From: an uncultured Methanosarcinaceae archaeon
GTDB lineage: Archaea > Halobacteriota > Methanosarcinia > Methanosarcinales > Methanosarcinaceae
DNA: 64,000 nucleotides
Direction of reading: 5' to 3'
NCBI GenBank assembly: GCA_963833425.1
Contig: CAWHXP010000010.1
Coordinates: 32,001-96,000 of the forward strand
Position numbers and translations under genes: made by a program
In this document: one piece after another, positions 1 through 10,430 of the stretch
Layout: each line of letters opens with the position of its first letter
Position numbering within the stretch: the stretch's first letter is position 1
The notes under the pieces: generated by a model
Told to the model about the DNA's origin: nothing
The model's input: the letters and a program-made list of their open reading frames with translations, nothing else
Database searches by the model: none

Positions 1-714
1 CAAATAAGCAACAATCGGCAAGTTAATTATCAAGCCTTCTCTTCTGTTTCCTGCTCTGTAAACTGTTATTGATATCTTTCCATCGGCAATCATAAAAAAT
101 TCTTCTTTATACTGAACGCCGTCAATTGCAATTTTATTCATAAAACTTGTAAACTTTTTTGAAGTTTCTCTGAAATCAAGAGACATTGATGTGAACTTGT
201 CCAGTTTATCAACGATAAGATTTACACTACAAATTTTTCCCAAATTTTTTATCTCTGGCTCAAACTCCTGTAGAAATTCGGGATTTGTAGAATAGATAAT
301 CACTTCTTCTCTAATTCCGTTCATAATTTCACGTATACGGACTTTCATTACACGGTCACTCTGAATATACCAAACAGGAGATTTTTTTGGGAGTTCATAA
401 CTTAGTTCATTGAGCTGGTTAAGTGTATCAATTGAACAGTTTAAAAAATCGTCTCTTATTTCTTCGATTACCTCCTTAGGATCAACTGCTCGGAAATATG
501 TTGGAGATCCCTGCTTCACTTCCAGATAGCCTTTCTTCGCAAGCGTGTTAAGAATCTCATAGATTTTAGCTCTTGGCACATTTGTAAATTCATGAATTTC
601 GCGAGCTGTAGCTTCTCTCAAACTAACAAGTCCTACATATGCCTTTGCTTCATTTTCGGTTAGCCCAAGCTTTTCAAGATTACTAATTAACTGAAGATTT
701 ATCTGAGAACACAT
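1..714 (-). CDS. TrmB-family transcriptional regulator (3' end outside window)
   Basis: Manual translation from ATG 714: MCSQINLQLISNLEKLGLTENEAKAYVGLVSLREATAREIHEFTNVPRAKIYEILNTLAKKGYLEVKQGSPTYFRAVDP, a typical TrmB N-terminal wHTH. Not in the ORF track because it runs off the edge. Confidence 0.9.
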   Translation of the reverse strand, partial: MCSQINLQLISNLEKLGLTENEAKAYVGLVSLREATAREIHEFTNVPRAKIYEILNTLAKKGYLEVKQGSPTYFRAVDPKEVIEEIRDDFLNCSIDTLNQLNELSYELPKKSPVWYIQSDRVMKVRIREIMNGIREEVIIYSTNPEFLQEFEPEIKNLGKICSVNLIVDKLDKFTSMSLDFRETSKKFTSFMNKIAIDGVQYKEEFFMIADGKISITVYRAGNRREGLIINLPIVAYL

Positions 715-745
715 GTTACTACTATAGTAACAACAGATTTAAATA
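714..745 (-). promoter_or_regulatory. Palindrome at TrmB start and upstream TATA box; candidate autoregulatory operator
   Basis: TGTTACT-N5-AGTAACA at 714-732 abuts the start codon; TTTAAAT lies about 25-30 nt upstream on the minus strand. Confidence 0.5.
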
Positions 746-880
746 CTCTCTGTTTATTATTTTTATCTATAGCAGGATTAGAAAGTTATTGGCCTTTTGA
801 TGTTGATTTTATATCCAAGTGCGTAAGTCCTGCTGTAGATACGATGTGTGAGAAAATTGAAACTATATGGAGATTGTTTT

Positions 881-1822
881 ATGACAGAAACAGAAAAATT
901 AGGCTTTCCGGAATATCTGGAATTTGACGCGGAACAAGCCCGGAAAGAAATAGTTGAATTTGTTAGGAATCAGGTAACCAATTTTAGGAAAGATGGTGTA
1001 GTGGTCGGCCTTTCTGGCGGACTGGATTCATCGACGGTTGCATACCTGTGTGCTGAAGCACTAGGCAAGGATAAGGTTTACGGTCTTATACTGCCCGATC
1101 GTGACACTAAGCCACAGAACACAGATGATGGTATGAACTTGGCTAAGAGCCTCGGAATACCTCACCAGAAGATCGTTATTTCGCCGTTTCTAAAAGAGCT
1201 GGGTGCATACGACATCATTTCCCACGAAAAGGCATCTGACAGGAAGGCCATAGAGAAGGCCGGGGAAAGCTTTACAATAATTAATGATAAGGAGTTGCCT
1301 TCAACCGAGAACTTCAGCCCAACAGCAACTGTCGGTGCATCATCCGCGTCTCTAAGGGATTTTATGGCTGTGGGGGGAGCAAAATTACACACAAGGATGA
1401 CAGTATTGTATTTCTATGCCACTCTCAAGAATTACCTGCTTGTGGGCACCGATGACAATTCCGAGTTAACTATGGGTGTGTACGACCGGTATGGCGATGG
1501 TGCCTGTGACATTTCTATCATGTCGCATCTATACAAAACGCAGATAAAACAACTGGCAAAGCACATTGGGGTACCGGATCACATCGTAAACAAGACATCC
1601 TCTGCGGACCTTTTTGGGGACAGCATGCCCAACGAAAAGTTAATTGGATTATCTTATCTAAAGTTGGATGACATCCTCGTTGGCATCAGGAAGAGCGGCT
1701 TAAGTGATGACGATATTGCCAGAAGAGCAGGAGTGAAACCGGCTGTAGTGCAATCTGTCAGGAAGGGGATGAAAGATGCCAGCTTTGTTGCAAATTTGCC
1801 GATATCAGTAAAAAGAATATAA
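881..1822 (+). CDS. nadE: NH3-dependent NAD+ synthase
   Basis: GLSGGLDS PP-loop, GTDDNSE...G..D.YGDG, and LYKTQIKQLA..G.P..I..K.SSADL motifs; ATG 881 preferred over GTG 848. Confidence 0.88.
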   Translation: MTETEKLGFPEYLEFDAEQARKEIVEFVRNQVTNFRKDGVVVGLSGGLDSSTVAYLCAEALGKDKVYGLILPDRDTKPQNTDDGMNLAKSLGIPHQKIVISPFLKELGAYDIISHEKASDRKAIEKAGESFTIINDKELPSTENFSPTATVGASSASLRDFMAVGGAKLHTRMTVLYFYATLKNYLLVGTDDNSELTMGVYDRYGDGACDISIMSHLYKTQIKQLAKHIGVPDHIVNKTSSADLFGDSMPNEKLIGLSYLKLDDILVGIRKSGLSDDDIARRAGVKPAVVQSVRKGMKDASFVANLPISVKRI

Positions 1823-2001
1823 AAAAGTTAAATGCCCATAAAATGTTGCCATGAATAAAACACAAATTGGAAGGAATGTGATTTTATTAGATAAATATTA
1901 TACTTAAACAGAAAATAGCAGATGTAACAATTAAACCTACAAAAAATCAGTTGAATAATATCGATTTTGATATTGATGAAAAAATAAATTAGGTGAGACA
2001 A

Positions 2002-2175
2002 ATGCTAAACCAATTATCTAGTAGAATTAAAAAAGTATTGGCTATTTTTATGGCAGTACTTTTTGTTGTATCGTTGACAGGAGTAGCGGTTGAAGCACAC
2101 GGCGGCGGTCATGGTGGCTTCGGCGGCTAAGGCTGGGGCTGGCCTTATCTAGGTTATGATTATCCCTACTACTAA
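2002..2175 (+). pseudogene. Secreted Gly/Trp/Tyr-rich peptide with in-frame TAA at 2128-2130
   Basis: MLNQLSSRIKKVLAIFMAVLFVVSLTGVAVEAHGGGHGGFGG*GWGWPYLGYDYPYY*; leader homologous to ORFs at 28401, 56866 and 57238. Confidence 0.7.
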
Positions 2176-2516
2176 ATAGGGTTATGCTATCCATATTATT
2201 CTAGAAATATATGGAGCTCTATGCATGATGGACAATACTAAGCCCCCACAACTTTAACCCAAGACCAAAATTAAAATCAAACTGGAACTCAAACGCGAGC
2301 TTCACCACCTGGAGCTCCAACCAAATAAAAACTCAACAAAAAACGCTGAAAGTGATATATTAAAGATATATAATAATTAATATATTCACAGAGGATTATA
2401 TCTTTGATTTATTTTTTGTAGAGATCTTATTTAACTCTTTCTTTTTAATCTGTTCTTTGAAGCCATTTTATATTAAATTTCATACGTCAGTGTTTAGTTA
2501 CCTTGACTTTTTTAAA

Positions 2517-2715
2517 ACAGCAGCTTAATTTCAATTGCTTTGTCATATGCTTTTATTGCTTCATCTAATTTGCTTAGTTTCACTCGACTAATTCCTTTAT
2601 TATATCAAGCGTCTAAATCTCGAAGGTTGTCTGATGTAGCAGAAGCACTTAGTAGTGTAAGGATAAGAATTAAAACAGTTTTCAATGCAAATTGATTAAA
2701 GGTAATTTTTGTCAT
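2517..2715 (-). pseudogene. Secreted TPR protein remnant
   Basis: MTKITFNQFALKTVLILILTLLSASA...DA*YNKGISRVKLSKLDEAIKAYDKAIEI: signal peptide plus one TPR with an internal stop. Confidence 0.7.
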
Positions 2716-2788
2716 GCTTTTTTGTCCAAGCTGAATTGTTATGACTGCCGTTTTCCTGGATTAAGTTTTGAATATAAACAGTTTTCTT

Positions 2789-2820
2789 ATGCATAGATTT
2801 ATATAGCAAAATCTCTGCAT
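2789..2820. repeat. Palindromic site, family A (8-nt spacer variant)
   Basis: ATGCATAGATTT ATATAGCA AAATCTCTGCAT. Confidence 0.75.
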
Positions 2821-3112
2821 TAGGATACCTGTTTTGTAAGCCTGATATACGATGCACGAATGTGCCTTCTCCTTATTATTACACCTACAAGGAAGGAAAC
2901 AGAAACAGATTACTCACTCACTACTAGAAAAACCAAGACCGGAAAAAAGAGCGATAAAGGGAAAAGCAAAATATAAGTGGATCTTTTAATTTTGTAAAGG
3001 AACTGTGAAAAATGAAAAAATATTATCCATTACAATTACCATCAACCACTAACAATAAACTATGAATGTTAATAAATCGTATATAGTAGCGTAGTTTCTT
3101 GAAAATTTACGG

Positions 3113-3370
3113 GTGGATAGACTGGGTAATATGAAAGGCGGTAAAACAAAATTTCAAAAAAAATTTACAGAAGATATGTTCCTGAATGCGCTATCAATTG
3201 ACAGTATTAAGTCCACTACAACTATTATGAGTTTAGTAGGATGCAGCAGGTCCACTGCCAAAATCATGCTTTATAAGCTTGTAAATGAAGGTAAAGTAAA
3301 TAAAATAGAAATCGAAGGCGACGGATACGGTTGGCAAAAAGTGAAAGGTGATTTAAATGAGTTTCATTGA
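3113..3370 (+). CDS. Small winged-HTH DNA-binding protein
   Basis: STTTIMSLVGCSRSTAKIMLYKLVNEGKVNKIEIEGDGYGW fits a wHTH pattern. Confidence 0.6.
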   Translation: MDRLGNMKGGKTKFQKKFTEDMFLNALSIDSIKSTTTIMSLVGCSRSTAKIMLYKLVNEGKVNKIEIEGDGYGWQKVKGDLNEFH

Positions 3371-3747
3371 TAGCTACAGAAAAGAAATCAGTCCAGAATT
3401 TGCATTGCAACTCATGCCTGAATTAAAAGAAGATTATCTCCAAGATCGTCCGTGTAAATGGGAAGAAGATACGATACAGCTTTGGAAAGTCGCAAGTGCA
3501 TTTATTGAAGATTGTGACCCATCAATCGAGAAACGTTCTTTTTTGTGTACTCCGGTATTTTTTGACAAAACAGGTAAACATAGATATTTCACATCACACG
3601 AAAAAAACAATGCAAGAGCAAATAGCTGAGTTTGATCAACAAGTTGGTGTTATTCATGAATTGGGTTGCACTATAACCGATAAGGATGGTAATACAGAAG
3701 CAAAAGTTTGGCTTCTGCAGATTGAGACCGAAATTAATCATGGGTAA
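3357..3747 (+). pseudogene. Hypothetical protein, frameshifted in an A7 run at 3601-3607
   Basis: The duplicate at 63816-64000 has A6 and reads in frame (TSHEKTMQEQIAEF), joining the ORFs at 3357 and 3496. Confidence 0.7.
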
Positions 3748-4618
3748 TTAGTATATATTTGACTGGAAAGTTGACTAATTGACAATCACTTCTAACATTC
3801 AATTTTTTTGTTTAATTACAGCCATAAGTCTTTCCACACTAGTAAATAAATTATTTAGTTTTTATTATTTTAAAGTAATAAAAATATATGAAAAATATCT
3901 CGAAGACACTTACCGGTCTATGGCTGCAAATTTATGGGGACTTGGTTCTGTCAAAAAAATGACTTAATCTGGGGCCACTGGAGAGACTTTTATAAGCAGT
4001 CCCATAAAATAAAGACTAGCCTAGTCAAAAAACGTCTTAAAACGTCTGAGAATGGCTCATTGTTGATTAATCTAGTCAAAACCCCGCCTTAGTGCATAAA
4101 AGAACTAAATAAACATTTAATACAAGATTCACTAATATTAACTATTGAAAATAAAAAACGGTGTTATCATGCCACGTCCTACAAAGCTCACTCATGAAGT
4201 ACAACAAAAAATTGGTGATAGTGTATCTCTTGGATTAACTTATGCTCTAGCTGCTAATTCAGCAGGTCTATCGTATCAGACTTTTAATCAATGGATGAAA
4301 CTGGGAAGAGATTCTACATCAGGAAAGTACTTTGAATTCTATCAACATATTGAAAAATGTAATGCTGATGCCGCAAAGGTTCTTCTTGAACGGTTAAATA
4401 ACGCAGCTACAGCTGGAAATTGCCAGGTTTCCATGTGGATTTTGGAGAGAAGGTTCCCTGCAGAATTTGGACGGCGGGTATATAGAAAAACGAATGTTGT
4501 TGCAGAAAACCTGAATCAAAATGTCGAGATAAGAGTCACGGACGCAGATATACTGAGAAAACAAATTTTAGCAAAATTTTATCGGATTGGAGAAGGTAAT
4601 GAGTCTTTAACTAATTAA
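3562..4618 (+). repeat. Inverted duplication of 62956..64000 (the other copy continues past the window end)
   Basis: Reverse complement of the window end matches from 3562 onward; paralogous ORFs 3779/63784 and 4169/63405. Confidence 0.95.
4169..4618 (+). CDS. HTH protein resembling a phage terminase small subunit
   Basis: MPRPTKLT.EVQQKI...GL..QTF..WM...YFEFY..IEK.....W.LERRFP.EFGRR pattern; ATG 4169 matches the paralog's start. Confidence 0.6.
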   Translation: MPRPTKLTHEVQQKIGDSVSLGLTYALAANSAGLSYQTFNQWMKLGRDSTSGKYFEFYQHIEKCNADAAKVLLERLNNAATAGNCQVSMWILERRFPAEFGRRVYRKTNVVAENLNQNVEIRVTDADILRKQILAKFYRIGEGNESLTN

Positions 4619-4701
4619 TATTTTTCATCCTAACTTGATCTATTTTTAATACAAAATATCCTTTTATTCATTTTTATTCGTTGGTATAATTGTAGTCGGA
4701 A

Positions 4702-5412
4702 TTACCAAAATTGCCACCAAGGTTTCTTTTCTCCTGGTGCTTCAATAGCCTTCTGATTAATTAACGTTTGAACCTGCAGGAAGTAATTGTTATGCGTTGT
4801 TTTGAGATCTTCCTTATCCCTTTCTGCCTTATCAAGCTCTGCCTTTAAGGTGGTATTATGCCGTTCTAACTCTTCGAATCTGGCTCGCAGCTGGAGAAGT
4901 TCCCCAGGTTCCCGGGCTTCCTGCAGAGAATCTTTAAGTTTAAAGTTTTCGGCCTGTAGTACCTCTATATTCTGTGTATATCCTGTGATATCCTGATTTA
5001 GATCCTTTTTGATCCTTTCTATATCCTTTTTGTATCCTTCTGTATCCTGCTTGTATCCAACTATATCCTTTCGATATCCTAAAAGGTCATCTTTCAATTG
5101 AGTATTTTCAGATTTGAGAGCTTCAATATTCTGTAAACATCCCTCAATATCCTGTTTGTATCCGATTATATCCTTCTGATATCCTAAAAGGTCATCTTTC
5201 AATTGAGTATTTTCAGATTTGAGAGCTTCAATATCCTGCAAATATCTCTCAATATCCTGTTTGTATCCTACGATATTTTTTCCTGGATCCTCTAGGAGTC
5301 TTTGAAGGGCTGTTATTATGGCTTGTGTGGTATGTTCGTACCCTGCAGATCCTATCTTATCATACAAGCTCACAGGTATCCAACAATTTATTTTCCTCTT
5401 ATCCTCGGGCAT
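4702..5412 (-). CDS. Coiled-coil protein with RHH-like N-terminus, 35-aa tandem repeat and KKPWWQFW tail
   Basis: KRKINCWIPVSLYDKI N-terminus; 105-nt repeat unit (blocks at about 5074 and 5179); heptad periodicity. Confidence 0.7.
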   Translation of the reverse strand: MPEDKRKINCWIPVSLYDKIGSAGYEHTTQAIITALQRLLEDPGKNIVGYKQDIERYLQDIEALKSENTQLKDDLLGYQKDIIGYKQDIEGCLQNIEALKSENTQLKDDLLGYRKDIVGYKQDTEGYKKDIERIKKDLNQDITGYTQNIEVLQAENFKLKDSLQEAREPGELLQLRARFEELERHNTTLKAELDKAERDKEDLKTTHNNYFLQVQTLINQKAIEAPGEKKPWWQFW

Positions 5413-5526
5413 GTATCCATGTTATTTTTTAGTAGGATATAGTTGTATCCTTTTGTATCCGGGATGGAGTGTCAAGTCTCACGGTAACAATCATTAGTAT
5501 GCCATCTTTTATCTCATGTTAAATGG

Positions 5527-6388
5527 GGTTCTGTTGCAAAAAATCATATTAATAAGTAATAATTTAGTTTTACAGCAAAGTACATAAAAACAGAATGTTC
5601 CTCAGAGAACATTCAGATTTAGATAGCTATTCCGAATAACTTGTTTATAAAATTAACTTCATCAAGAACACATCGATTTAGAGTAGCAATCTGTCCTTTT
5701 CTTATCATATGCATTATTTCAATTCCTTTTAAAGTCTTGATGGCTGTACAAAAAGACCGAAAGCCTAACATTGGGCGAATTATCCGCTTTATAAATCTAT
5801 GATCCTGTTCAACAACATTATTCAAATACTTGATTTGCTGAAGATTTATGTTTTTAGGTAATATTTTATCATTTTTGAGTTCATTTACCGCAGGTGGATA
5901 AGCTGGATTTTTATCAACAGCTATTACCTTTGGAATTTGATTATGGTTAGAACTCAAAGCTTTCTTAAGGAATCTCTTTGCAGCTTTTCTATCACGTTTT
6001 TCACTTAGCATAAAATCAACTGTGTTTCCAGTTGAATCAACTGCAAGATACAGATATTTCCATTCTCCTTTTACCTTGACGTAAGTTTCGTCCACTCTCC
6101 AAGAATCATTAGTTGGCCTTAAATACCTACGCACCTTCTTTTCGATCTCAGGAAAATATTGATGCACCCATTTCATTATAGTACTGTGATCAACTTGAAT
6201 TCCTCTTTCTATCATCATTTCCTTTAAATTTCTATAGCTCAATGGATATCTTAAGTACCATCTGACATTCAATAAGATAATCTCACCTACAAAGTGCTTC
6301 CATTTAAAGGAATTAGATAACATATTACTACTTTTGATTTCCTTTTTGTTTTATGATATCCTTAAAAAATATTTTTTGCAACGGAACC
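5527..6388 (-). mobile_element. IS6-family insertion sequence
   Basis: Terminal IRs GGTTCTGTTGCAAA / TTTGCAACGGAACC around a transposase; no flanking duplication seen. Confidence 0.95.
5619..6323 (-). CDS. IS6-family DDE transposase
   Basis: WRVDETYVKVKGEWKYLY..VD, VDKNPAY and YLNNVVEQDHRFIK motifs. Confidence 0.95.
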   Translation of the reverse strand: MLSNSFKWKHFVGEIILLNVRWYLRYPLSYRNLKEMMIERGIQVDHSTIMKWVHQYFPEIEKKVRRYLRPTNDSWRVDETYVKVKGEWKYLYLAVDSTGNTVDFMLSEKRDRKAAKRFLKKALSSNHNQIPKVIAVDKNPAYPPAVNELKNDKILPKNINLQQIKYLNNVVEQDHRFIKRIIRPMLGFRSFCTAIKTLKGIEIMHMIRKGQIATLNRCVLDEVNFINKLFGIAI

Positions 6389-6476
6389 ATCCTTTTACTT
6401 CATTTATAAATACTATACGCATTATAGTGATAATTATGTCCAAGACCATATAATCAGATAACAAAGAAGGTGATAA

Positions 6477-6704
6477 ATGATGAAAGTAAAAGAATTTCTT
6501 GTTATCTTAGAACAAGATGAAGATGGAACTTATATTGCTTCAGTACCTGATCTTCCGGGATGTCATACTCAAGGAGATACAATTGAAGAAGTGAAAGATA
6601 ACATCAAAGAGGCAATTGAACTTTATCTTGAAGTTAAACCAGAAATGATAGACTGTGAGCCTGTAAATTTTATTGGAGTAGAGAAAGTTAAAGTTGAGGT
6701 TTAA
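6477..6704 (+). CDS. hicB: HicB-family antitoxin
   Basis: EQDEDGTYIASVPDLPGCHTQGDTIEEVKDNIKEAIELYLE. Confidence 0.9.
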   Translation: MMKVKEFLVILEQDEDGTYIASVPDLPGCHTQGDTIEEVKDNIKEAIELYLEVKPEMIDCEPVNFIGVEKVKVEV

Positions 6705-6715
6705 TAAGTAGAATA

Positions 6716-6946
6716 GTGCCTCTTCCTGCTAAAAAAATTATTAAAGCGCTTGAAAAGGTAGGTTTTCAATCTATTCGGCAAAAAGGCAGTCATTTATTCT
6801 TAGAACACCCCGACGGAAGAACGACAGTATTACCTATACATTCAAGTAAGGATCTAAAAGTTAACTTAATAAACAAAATTTTAAAAGATGCTGAAATTTC
6901 AAGAGACGAATGGATAGAATTAATTCAAACTTTGATTGTTTTTTAG
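6716..6946 (+). CDS. hicA: HicA-family toxin
   Basis: KIIKALEKVGF..IRQKGSHLFLEHPDGRTTVLPIH. Confidence 0.9.
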   Translation: MPLPAKKIIKALEKVGFQSIRQKGSHLFLEHPDGRTTVLPIHSSKDLKVNLINKILKDAEISRDEWIELIQTLIVF

Positions 6947-6961
6947 AGTGTTGATATAAAC

Positions 6962-7129
6962 GGTTCCGTTGCAAAAAATCTGGCTATTTTACAAAAACAA
7001 TGAAAATATCACAAATGGGATACTTATATACTATAAACAGATCGATAATTATACAAAAAGCAATAATTATAATCTAAAAAGGCAGTAAAGTTATTTTTGC
7101 AACAGAACCAGATTTTTTGCAACAGAACC
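6962..7129 (+). mobile_element. IS6-type MITE (6962-7109) with a tandemly duplicated right IR
   Basis: GGTTCCGTTGCAAAAA...TTTTTGCAACAGAACC followed by a second TTTTTTGCAACAGAACC; interior similar to 31277-31425. Confidence 0.85.
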
Positions 7130-7519
7130 CATAATCTATTTCCTTTTCACGAACATTTAGTTCTCTACCAACTAACTAGGATGAAATTACCATATTTGAA
7201 AATATTTTCCGTGGCAGTATACCTAAAGTTTGAAAAATCGTTCCTTTTGTTGCATTTCGAGTGCTTTTTGTTTTTTCACTAGTTCTTTTAATGTTGGTGG
7301 GACTATAAACCTACTCTCAGGTTTTTTATTATCCGCAATATACATGGGCTTTTTTTATATGTTTATAATTATTTGTATATGCCTATTTTATCTGCTTTTT
7401 GTCACTACAAAAAATAGGACTTATAGTTTTGCTGATATGGAAAGTTTCATACAATGCATGTGCATCTTAGGGTTAAGATAATTAAAATATTTGGACCAAA
7501 ATTGATAACAGGAAACAAG

Positions 7520-7658
7520 TAGGTTAATTAGTTCCAGATGTTACATGAGCTCCATATGTTCTAGGAGTCTCATAAGCTCCATGAGAAATAAATTCATATA
7601 TTTTTTATTTTTTGTGGAACTTCGGAAATGAAGAGATTTTTACGCAAAAACTATGCAT
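7520..7658. repeat. Conserved arm plus family A site (7628-7658)
   Basis: ATGAAGAGATTT TTACGCA AAAACTATGCAT preceded by a TTAATTAGTTCC...GAGCTCCAT arm shared with about 13260-13345 (inverted) and about 57920-57990. Confidence 0.7.
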
Positions 7659-7665
7659 CTATAAG

Positions 7666-8198
7666 TTAGAATTTGTTTTGTCCAGATCTTTTTATTAACC
7701 AATGTAAAGTCAAAATAGCTATTATCCCTATCCCGAATACTTCAGGAATAGAAGAGAGCGAGAAATTTAGTGTAAATGAATTTTCTACCAGTCTTATTAA
7801 ATATTCCATTCCAGTGGAATCCACATGATCTCTGGGGAAATTCAATCCGAAAAAAGGCCAGAATAAAGTTTTAGGAGTTGCCCACATTTGATCTTCCATA
7901 AGATGGAAGAAAGAGCCTGTGGTAAGAGAAATAATCCTGATATCTCCTTTTTTTTGTACAAGTATAAACCTATCAGGAAGAGAATAAGAGAGAAAAATAG
8001 AGTATGACCTATAATGCGTCCGTTTTCGAAGGTAGAAGCAAAGATAACTCTTCCTAGAGGTTTGTCTATCAGATCAGGTAAAAGGGCTCCAATAGCCAGG
8101 TACTTTGAATCTATAGTAGTTCTTAGTCGAGGTATAAAAATTCCAAGTCCGAAAAATACTCCCAACGTGACGCCAATATGTCCAAAAATAAGCATCAA
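7666..8198 (-). pseudogene. Membrane-bound metal-dependent hydrolase (YdjM-like), frameshifted
   Basis: FGHIG, GALLPDLIDKPLG, GHTLFF and FHLMEDQMW motifs split over two frames at the T8 run 7948-7955. Confidence 0.8.
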
Positions 8199-8258
8199 AA
8201 TTAAAAGGTACTTTAGTTATATATAAATATTGTTTGTTTATTACAGAACCTCACCAAA

Positions 8259-8289
8259 GTAGCAACTTTTTGTGATAAAACTTTGCCAT
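8259..8289. repeat. Degenerate family A site
   Basis: GTAGCAACTTTT TGTGATA AAACTTTGCCAT. Confidence 0.45.
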
Positions 8290-8335
8290 TTCCCAGGTTC
8301 TGGCAATTTTTTGCAATGGAACCGGCGTGATATTT

Positions 8336-8803
8336 TCAGGAGCTTTGTTGCCTCCAACAATTATCAACAAAATTCAATATATCTCGGGACATATCAAAAT
8401 AATCACGTAATGGGATAGTAGATACCAGCTCTAAGAACGAGGGTGCTTCGCTATCATCAGTTCTGACAACTAAAACTTTCTTATCTTTAGCCATTGCATA
8501 TCCAATGCTGTATATTACACTATCATCATTTTCCTTCATGAAAGCAATAAGAATATCACATATTTTTATAGTATCAAGAAGAGCAATTCGGTTATCATAT
8601 TCTATTCCCACATAGTTGGTGTCATATATTTGTACTTTAGGATATATCTGTAATTTATGTAATGCACTTATGTTATTGTCTTTTTTTTCAAAATCGTTGG
8701 CATCATATATTTGTATTCCATGTGATTCTAGTTCGTCTTTTAGTGACTGTATATAATCGCTTTCTTTCCCATTAAAAGCATAGGACAAAAAAACCGTCTT
8801 CAT
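8336..8803 (-). CDS. Nucleoside 2-deoxyribosyltransferase/TIR-like fold protein
   Basis: KTVFLSY start; CDILIAF...SVIYSIGYAMAKDKKVLVV resembles the NDT/TIR-like signature. Confidence 0.6.
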   Translation of the reverse strand: MKTVFLSYAFNGKESDYIQSLKDELESHGIQIYDANDFEKKDNNISALHKLQIYPKVQIYDTNYVGIEYDNRIALLDTIKICDILIAFMKENDDSVIYSIGYAMAKDKKVLVVRTDDSEAPSFLELVSTIPLRDYFDMSRDILNFVDNCWRQQSS

Positions 8804-9081
8804 TTTTAAAATCCATCCAAATAAATTTTCTTCTGTTAATATATAATAATATAGCTTTTATATAAACATATTGCGTTTTATTTTGACTGTTCTAAAATAA
8901 ACACATGATTTAGTCTCCTCTGCTTGCATATACCTGGAACCTTATTTATTAATGATCCGTGGGTTATTATCAAAAATAGAAGAATCAAAAAACACATAAG
9001 TAATGTGGAATACTGAGCGAATGCAGTCAATATTTCACAATATTTAAGAAGCAGTGGTCAATGCTAAAGTGCAACTTTTTA

Positions 9082-9112
9082 ATACACAGTTTTTGCTATA
9101 AAATCTCTGCAT
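9082..9112. repeat. Family A site
   Basis: ATACACAGTTTT TGCTATA AAATCTCTGCAT. Confidence 0.75.
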
Positions 9113-9401
9113 TAGTAAAAAAAGATACGATTCTATTTTTTTGTGGCAGTCCACTATTTTTGTATTAACTAGGAATCTAATCAATTAAAACTTGTATATT
9201 ACTCTCTTAGGTTGTGGAATCATTTATTTCTCGGAAAAATAGATAAAAATCAAGATATATTATCAAATTTCAAGCAGAAACATATCTCATTTAGTCGTGT
9301 CAATGGCAGCTAGTTAGTTTTATATCATTTGATTGATGCTATCTCCAATAATAATCTGAATGCCATTTCTTAGTTTGTAATAAATTAATAGAGAAATAAA
9401 T

Positions 9402-10127
9402 ATGCCTTCGAATGGAGAAAATAAAATGAAACTTTTACTGATTGCTGACATTCACGCAAATTATGAAGCTCTCCAAACTGTTCTTGAAGTCCCTCACGAT
9501 AGTGCTATCTGCCTTGGAGATATCGTGGACTACGGACCGGATCCTGACAAATGTATTGATCTCTTGCGAGAAAAAGCAATCCCAACAATAAGGGGAAACC
9601 ATGATAATGCTGTTGCTTTTGGGGTAGACTGTCAATGTGGATACAAGTATAAGCATCTATCAATTGCGACCAGGGAATACACATGGAAAATTCTTAACAA
9701 ATCTAGAATAGAATATTTGCAAAAACTCCCTCTCCTGATTGAAGAGCTAATCGATGGTAAAAGGTTTTATCTGACCCATGGAAGTCCGAGGTCTATGTTT
9801 GAATATATTAAACCAGACACTCCGGATGAAGTAATTAGGGATATGGTAGATGAAGCAATGGAGACTATGGATGCAGATTTCCTGGTAATTGGACATTCAC
9901 ATATTCCTATGGATAAAAAGCTAGGAAATCTTACAATTATAAACCCTGGTTCAGTAGGACAACCAAGAGACGGAAATCCCAGGGCAAGTTGCGTATTGTT
10001 TGATACAGAATACGACAAAGCCGAATTTCTTAGACTTGATTACGATATCGATGCTGTCTGCACAAAAATTAAAGACAGAATGCCTCATGCAGATGAACTG
10101 ATAGATATCCTCAGGCGTGGATATTAA
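9402..10127 (+). CDS. Calcineurin-like metallophosphoesterase
   Basis: ADIHAN, LGDIVDYG, RGNHD, THGS, GHSH and NPGSVGQPRDG motifs. Confidence 0.92.
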   Translation: MPSNGENKMKLLLIADIHANYEALQTVLEVPHDSAICLGDIVDYGPDPDKCIDLLREKAIPTIRGNHDNAVAFGVDCQCGYKYKHLSIATREYTWKILNKSRIEYLQKLPLLIEELIDGKRFYLTHGSPRSMFEYIKPDTPDEVIRDMVDEAMETMDADFLVIGHSHIPMDKKLGNLTIINPGSVGQPRDGNPRASCVLFDTEYDKAEFLRLDYDIDAVCTKIKDRMPHADELIDILRRGY

Positions 10128-10430
10128 TAGTAAATAAATAGGTGTTAACTTCTTTTAGTTCATCGCAATTCCATCGGCGCTCCGCAGCATTGTACATCGC
10201 CATTACAGCATACGTCTGTAGAGCAGCAATTCTCTTCGCATGCATTTGCTACTTCAAGTTCAAACCCGCAGACTTCACAAAAAAGACGCTGACCTTGCAT
10301 TAGCTCACTGCAATTCATTTTATATCACCTCAGAGTGTTTTATATAAAAATAGAGAATTTGTATTTAAATATTTTTCGAAACAATAATTCTTTGTTGCCT
10401 AAGTTATCTCATAATGATCCCTACGTACTT

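Noticed and set aside
3779..3967. 62-aa ORF and its copy at 63596..63784 as genes
   Set aside because: TTG start, low-complexity AT-rich translation; conservation is explained by the duplication and the noncoding block.
8296..8323. GGTTCTGGCAA...TTGCAATGGAACC as an IS
   Set aside because: Only two fused, degenerate IS6-type ends in 28 bp; at most a scar.
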